DNA of 55,774 nt from a candidate division WOR-3 bacterium. GTDB taxonomy: Bacteria > Hydrothermota > Tepidihabitantia > Tepidihabitantales > CAIPLT01. The stretch spans positions 73,678 through 129,451 of the forward strand of contig CBFGJZ010000001.1 in NCBI GenBank assembly GCA_965649215.1, given 5' to 3'. The translations under genes and the position numbers were made by a program. The notes beneath the pieces are model-generated. The model searched no databases, was not told the origin of the DNA, and saw nothing but the letters and a program-made list of their open reading frames with translations. This document shows positions 51,069 through 55,774 of the stretch, piece by piece. Position 1 is the first letter of the stretch, and every line of letters begins with the position of its first letter.

Positions 51069-51896
51069 TTATTGGAAATATTGATTGAATCGTCTAAGGC
51101 ATTCCAACGCAGATTCTTTGGGACGGACTTCAAAGATATAATTACAATCAGATTCTTGCAAGTATTGGAAATAAGGTTTAAAATTAATATTACCTTCACC
51201 AATTATATTATGTTGGTCCCATTCACCGTTATTATCATGAAGATGGACGTTCTTGATATACGCTCGGTGCTTGTAAAAGAAATCATATTCTCGTTTTCGT
51301 TCCTCACCTTTAAAGCGGTTGATGTGGCCAATATCCAGCGTTAAACAGAACCGCGAACTTAAGATTTTAGGGATTATTTCTAAAACAAACGGATAACGAA
51401 AACCACCCACATTTTCTAAACAGAGATAGATATTTTTAGGAATATTTTTTTGAAGGGTATGCAACGATTCATAAATTAAATTGTAAAAATATTGAGGATA
51501 GACATGGTAAGTGTAGAGCTTTTGAGCGGTCATCCCAAAACTCATATCCGTACCTAAATGAAAAGTGATTCGGCGAGCTGGGATTTCGCTTGCATAATGC
51601 ATAGTTTTAATAAGCGATTTGATGGCGATTCGCTGAGCATCGGGGTCGCTTACAAAGAACGAAATGCCTTCTAAAGCATGAAATTGTAAAGTGATTTTAT
51701 GTTTTTGAAGATAGCGGGCAATCTCTTGGCGTGCTTTACGACTTTTAAGTTGATTGCTAAAATGTATATTATTCAGATTGAGTTCAATGACTTTGATTTT
51801 GTTGTCTAAAGCAAAATTTAAAGCATCGATGATATTGTCAAAGTCAAATAAGATTTGAATACCCAGATGATTTCTAATTTTATTAATATTAAGCAT
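51069..51896 (-). CDS. Xylose isomerase-like TIM barrel (sugar-phosphate isomerase/epimerase)
   Basis: TFHLG, CLENV, LTLDIGH, VHLHDNNGEWDQH..G.G.I, IFE. Confidence 0.85.
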   Translation of the reverse strand: MLNINKIRNHLGIQILFDFDNIIDALNFALDNKIKVIELNLNNIHFSNQLKSRKARQEIARYLQKHKITLQFHALEGISFFVSDPDAQRIAIKSLIKTMHYASEIPARRITFHLGTDMSFGMTAQKLYTYHVYPQYFYNLIYESLHTLQKNIPKNIYLCLENVGGFRYPFVLEIIPKILSSRFCLTLDIGHINRFKGEERKREYDFFYKHRAYIKNVHLHDNNGEWDQHNIIGEGNINFKPYFQYLQESDCNYIFEVRPKESALECLRRFNQYFQ

Positions 51897-51904
51897 AAGA
51901 AAAC

Positions 51905-51933
51905 ATTATATGATATTAATCTGTATTAGTCAA
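51905..51933 (-). promoter_or_regulatory. sigma70-type promoter (near-leaderless)
   Basis: TTGACT-17bp-TATAAT, 8 nt before the ATG. Confidence 0.7.
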
Positions 51934-51978
51934 CTTGATGACACCTATCATAATGATAATCTTTACTTGTTTAGATAT

Positions 51979-52007
51979 TTGACTATTAGATTGGTTTGTG
52001 TTATAAT
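51979..52007 (+). promoter_or_regulatory. sigma70-type promoter for the carboxypeptidase
   Basis: TTGACT-17bp-(TGt)TATAAT. Confidence 0.7.
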
Positions 52008-52045
52008 TAAATTTATAGTTATAAATTAATTTGAGGAGTAAAAAT

Positions 52046-54277
52046 ATGAGACGCAGTTTTATTTTATTAGCTTTAGTTTGTCTGTTGAGCATTAGTTATG
52101 CTTCGGAACGGACAATGGTTGTGCGCGTATATGTTAATAATTATGAGCAGTTATTTAAGCGCATTGATTTTAAATATAGTAATATTGAGATTTGTGGCAC
52201 CAAACCCCATGAATGGTATGAATTAATCGTGCCCCAAGAAGATTATCCAACTTTACTACGGTCAGGCTTACGGCATGATATTGTAATTAGTGATTTAGAA
52301 AGTGTTAAAGAAGAAGTGCGTGGTCAATATCGTAGTTTAGATTCAATTAATCTTTATTTACGCAATTTATGTTTTACTTATCCGTCCTTATGTGTCATGG
52401 AGAGTCTTGGGTTATCATATGAAGGTCGACAGATGTATGGTATTAAAATCTCGGATAATCCCAATATTTCTGAGCCCGACGAGCCAGGTGTTTTTATTTG
52501 TGCCTTGCATCATTCTCGAGAATGGGCAACACCAGAAGTTGTGCTTTTCTTTGCGGATAGTATTTTACGGGCTTATAATTTTAATCCGGCCATGGCTAAT
52601 TTAATTAATAATCACGAGATTTGGATTTTCCCGGTTATTAATCCGGATGGTTATGTTTATGATTATCCCGCGCAACGGTCATGGCGGAAGAATCGTCAAC
52701 CCTTTCAAGGTGTGATTGGGACCGACATTAACCGCAATTATCTTGGTTCGTGTGATGGTAATCGTTTTGGTTTATGGGGCGCTTTGACTTCTGGTGCGCA
52801 GAGTTCTCACTATCCATCATCAGAAACATTTATGGGTGGTTATGGAGCTTCGAGTCCTGAGATTAGCAATGTTATAAATTTCTTTCGAACCCATAATATC
52901 AATACAGCTCATTCGTTCCATTCTTATTCGGAATTAGTGCTTTGGCCATGGGGTTACCAGAATACACCAACACCTGATAACGCGCTCTTTGTGAGGGTCG
53001 GCACCGCAATGGCGAATCTGATTACCAAAGTAGGTGGAAGTGGCACATATACACCGGGTCAAATTCCCTCGTTATATCCTGTTTCCAGTGGTGCTGATGA
53101 TTGGATTTATGGTTATAATAAGTTTGTTAAAGGTAATCCTTGTCTTGCGTTTACCAATGAAGTTGGGACATCTTTTTATCAATCAGTTTCGCAATTAGAT
53201 CAGATCTGTCGGCAGAATTTTAAGTCCATTTATTATTTAGCAAATTTTTCTGATAGTGTCCGAATTTTAATATAACCATTTGTGCCTGCACCTGATATTT
53301 GCGTACCCGAAACCGTGATGAGTAATAATTTTACCATCAGTTGGCAACCGAAAAATAATCAGTTTGCCCAAAGTTCTCAATGGGAAGTGCAAGAGTTAAG
53401 TGGTTATAGTGTTTGTGAAGATGATTTTGAAGGATTGTTGACACCATGGGTGAGACAAGGATTTGTAACAAGTACAGTCAGGGCTTATTCAGGAACTAAG
53501 AGTATGTATTCGGATTCAGCAAATAATATGTCAAATTATTTACGCACTGCCTATCCCTATTTAGTTAATAGTGGTGATTCATTAACTTTTTGGTGTTGGT
53601 ATAATTTAGAAAAGAACTATGATGTGGCAGTTGTTGAAGTATCTTATGATACGCGCGAATGGTTTCAATTAGGACCGCGTCTTACTGATACAGCAACAAG
53701 TTGGCGCAGAATAGCATACTCTTTAGAGCAATATGTGGGGAAGTCAATTTATATTCAGTTTCGAGTGATGACCGACGGGAGTGTTTTACGAAATGGTTTC
53801 TTTGTCGATAATGTTTATCCTGTCCCGTTATTTAATAATAGCCGCATCGTTTCGTCATCAATAACCGATACTTTCTGCGATATATCGGTCAATCAGAGTG
53901 GCCAATATTGGTATCGGGTGAAAGGGTATAATCAAACAAATGGTTGGGGTGAATATAGTTTATTAGGCGGAGTTTTGGTATTAAGTTCAGCAGTTAATGA
54001 ACAATTAATTAATCCAGGTAAAGTTGACTTAAAGGTGCTGCCCAATCCTTTTGTAAAAAGTACGGTCGTTGAATATGAAATTCCTTATGATGGTTATGTT
54101 AAAATTAGAGTCTTTGATATTCAAGGACGACTTATAAGTACTTTAATGAATAATCGACAGTTAAGTGGTCGTTATCGGTTGCATTGGCAAGATAATCATA
54201 AATTAGCAAAAGGAATCTATTTTGTGGAAATGGATTTTGATAAGACTAAACTTAAGCGTCGGGTTATAATTATCTAA
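52046..54277 (+). pseudogene. Secreted M14 zinc carboxypeptidase (CPT-like) with beta-sandwich/Fn3 and T9SS-A/FlgD-type CTD, interrupted by an in-frame TAA at 53273-53275
   Basis: Signal peptide; HSRE, NPDG, RKNR, HSYS zinc/substrate motifs. ORFs 52031-53275 and 53282-54277 share one frame (RILI*PFVPA). C-terminal PNPF...FDIQGRLI...GIYF. Confidence 0.75.
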
Positions 54278-54289
54278 GCTAATTTGTGC

Positions 54290-54317
54290 TTGACGAAATA
54301 AATCTTATTAGTATTAT
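54290..54317 (+). promoter_or_regulatory. sigma70-type promoter for gcvT (leaderless)
   Basis: TTGACG-16bp-TATTAT, 5 nt before the ATG. Confidence 0.6.
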
Positions 54318-54322
54318 GTATC

Positions 54323-55417
54323 ATGATTAAAAAGACACCTTTTTATAATAAGCATTTGGCCTATCAGGGAAGAATGGTAGAATTTGCAAATCATTATTTG
54401 CCCGTGCAATTTAAAGGAATTATTCCTGAACATAATCGAGTGCGTAGTACGGTGGGTGTATTTGACGTTTCGCATATGGGAAGAGTCGAAGTGCATGGTA
54501 AAGATGCGATTGATTTTGTGGATTATCTAACCACTAACGATGTTAAGAGTTTGGCCGAATTTCAGGTACAATATTCAACGATGACCGTTAATGATGGTGG
54601 CATTGTTGATGATTTATTAGTGTATCGGTTGCCCGAATTTGTTTATTTAGTAATCAATGGTGCTCGTCGCGAAGCAGATTTAGAATGGATAATTTCCAAT
54701 CGCAGAGGAGATGTTAAAATAATTGATAGGACTTTTGAGATCGCGCAATTAGCCATTCAAGGACCCAAAGCCGAAGCAGTAATGCAGAAAATATGCGATC
54801 GTGATTTATCCCAGATGGGTTTTTATTGGGCAGGTTATGCCAAAATTGCCGGGGTCCCGATGTTAATTTCGCGCACTGGTTATACCGGTGAAGATGGGTT
54901 TGAGATTTATTTTGAAAATGAATATGCAGATAAAATATGGGATGCGATTTTTCAAGCTGGTCGGGAATTTGAAATTGAGCCAATTGGTTTAGGTGCACGT
55001 GACACTTTACGATTGGAGATGAAATATTGTCTGTATGGCAATGATATTACTTTACAAACCAATCCGTTAGAAGCCGGCTTAGGATTTGTGGTGAAGCTGA
55101 ATAAAACGAATAAATTCATTGGTCAAGAGGCGTTGCTTAAAATTAAAACCGAAGGGGTAAAGCGGAAACTAATCGGTTTTGAAATGATGGATAATTCTAT
55201 TCCCCGCCACGACTATAACATTTTTGGTGATGGCAAACTGATTGGTAAAGTTACTAGTGGCACTTTAGGACCATCGGTTCAAAAAGGGATTGGTATGGGT
55301 TATGTGATGAGTGAGTATTCAGCGGTTGGTCAAGAGATAGAAATTGAAATTAGAAATAAACGAGCATTGGCAACAATTGTCAAAACGCCATTTTATAAAT
55401 TTGGGACAAGAAAGTAA
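54323..55417 (+). CDS. gcvT: Glycine cleavage system aminomethyltransferase
   Basis: FDVSHMG, SRTGYTGEDGFE, GLGARDTLRLE, VTSGT. Confidence 0.97.
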   Translation: MIKKTPFYNKHLAYQGRMVEFANHYLPVQFKGIIPEHNRVRSTVGVFDVSHMGRVEVHGKDAIDFVDYLTTNDVKSLAEFQVQYSTMTVNDGGIVDDLLVYRLPEFVYLVINGARREADLEWIISNRRGDVKIIDRTFEIAQLAIQGPKAEAVMQKICDRDLSQMGFYWAGYAKIAGVPMLISRTGYTGEDGFEIYFENEYADKIWDAIFQAGREFEIEPIGLGARDTLRLEMKYCLYGNDITLQTNPLEAGLGFVVKLNKTNKFIGQEALLKIKTEGVKRKLIGFEMMDNSIPRHDYNIFGDGKLIGKVTSGTLGPSVQKGIGMGYVMSEYSAVGQEIEIEIRNKRALATIVKTPFYKFGTRK

Positions 55418-55511
55418 ATAATGATAATTATAAACCACCCCAAAAGAAATTTATCACAGATTACTTTAGTTTTATATAATCTGCTAGAGGGGTGGTCAAA
55501 AAGGAGCAAGC

Positions 55512-55774
55512 ATGGCTGATACTTTAATACCAAAAGATTTAAAATATACCAACACTCATGAATGGTTAAAAATTGAAGGCGACATAGCAATCGTGGGTAT
55601 TACTGATTATGCTCAAAAGGAATTATCGGATATTGTTTATGTGGAATTACCAGAAACAGGCAAGGTAATTAAACAAGGTGATGTGTTGGGCACAATCGAA
55701 GCAGTAAAGGCAGTTTCGGATTTCTATTCACCCGTATCAGGTACAGTTATTGCAAGTAATAATGAGTTGAAGAG
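55512..55774 (+). CDS. gcvH: Glycine cleavage system H protein (3'-truncated; absent from the ORF track)
   Basis: SD AAGGAG, then [18 protein letters not shown]...[19 protein letters not shown]...[16 protein letters not shown] (lipoyl-Lys). Confidence 0.95.
   Translation, partial: MADTLIPKDLKYTNTHEWLKIEGDIAIVGITDYAQKELSDIVYVELPETGKVIKQGDVLGTIEAVKAVSDFYSPVSGTVIASNNELK

Noticed and set aside
53273-53275. Stop-codon reassignment
   Set aside because: TAA ends many clearly complete genes in this window.
54278-54322. Glycine riboswitch upstream of gcvT
   Set aside because: Only 45 bp, occupied by the promoter.

Overview
AT-rich bacterial chromosomal window. The gene set, an outer-membrane-type barrel and a T9SS-A/FlgD-type C-terminal domain suggest an anaerobic, peptide-fermenting diderm, possibly candidate division WOR-3 or an FCB neighbour (inference only). 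Most genes are housekeeping: NDP-sugar SDRs and glycosyltransferases, metK-ahcY, rimP-nusA-infB with a divergent rpsO-pnp, a por operon, fab genes, purD/pyrE/coaE, lepB and gcvT/H. One accessory island lies at about 38.9-41.8 kb. No rRNA, tRNA, CRISPR array or transposase was seen. Main observations: (1) two related ~190-bp intergenic arrays with a strict 12-bp period and a quasi-palindromic core (10280-10471, 41242-41433); (2) an island with a frameshifted HEPN toxin, a sigma54-consensus promoter embedded in a palindrome and followed by (GACA)5, a GTPase-DUF697 gene, an unannotated 59-aa ORF and several REP-like repeats; (3) apparent leaderless transcription of at least 8 genes; (4) a PorD subunit with a GltD/NfnB-type flavoprotein inserted; (5) a putative serine-palmitoyltransferase cluster; (6) a carboxypeptidase split by one in-frame TAA. 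All calls come from reading motifs by eye; no database searches were run.
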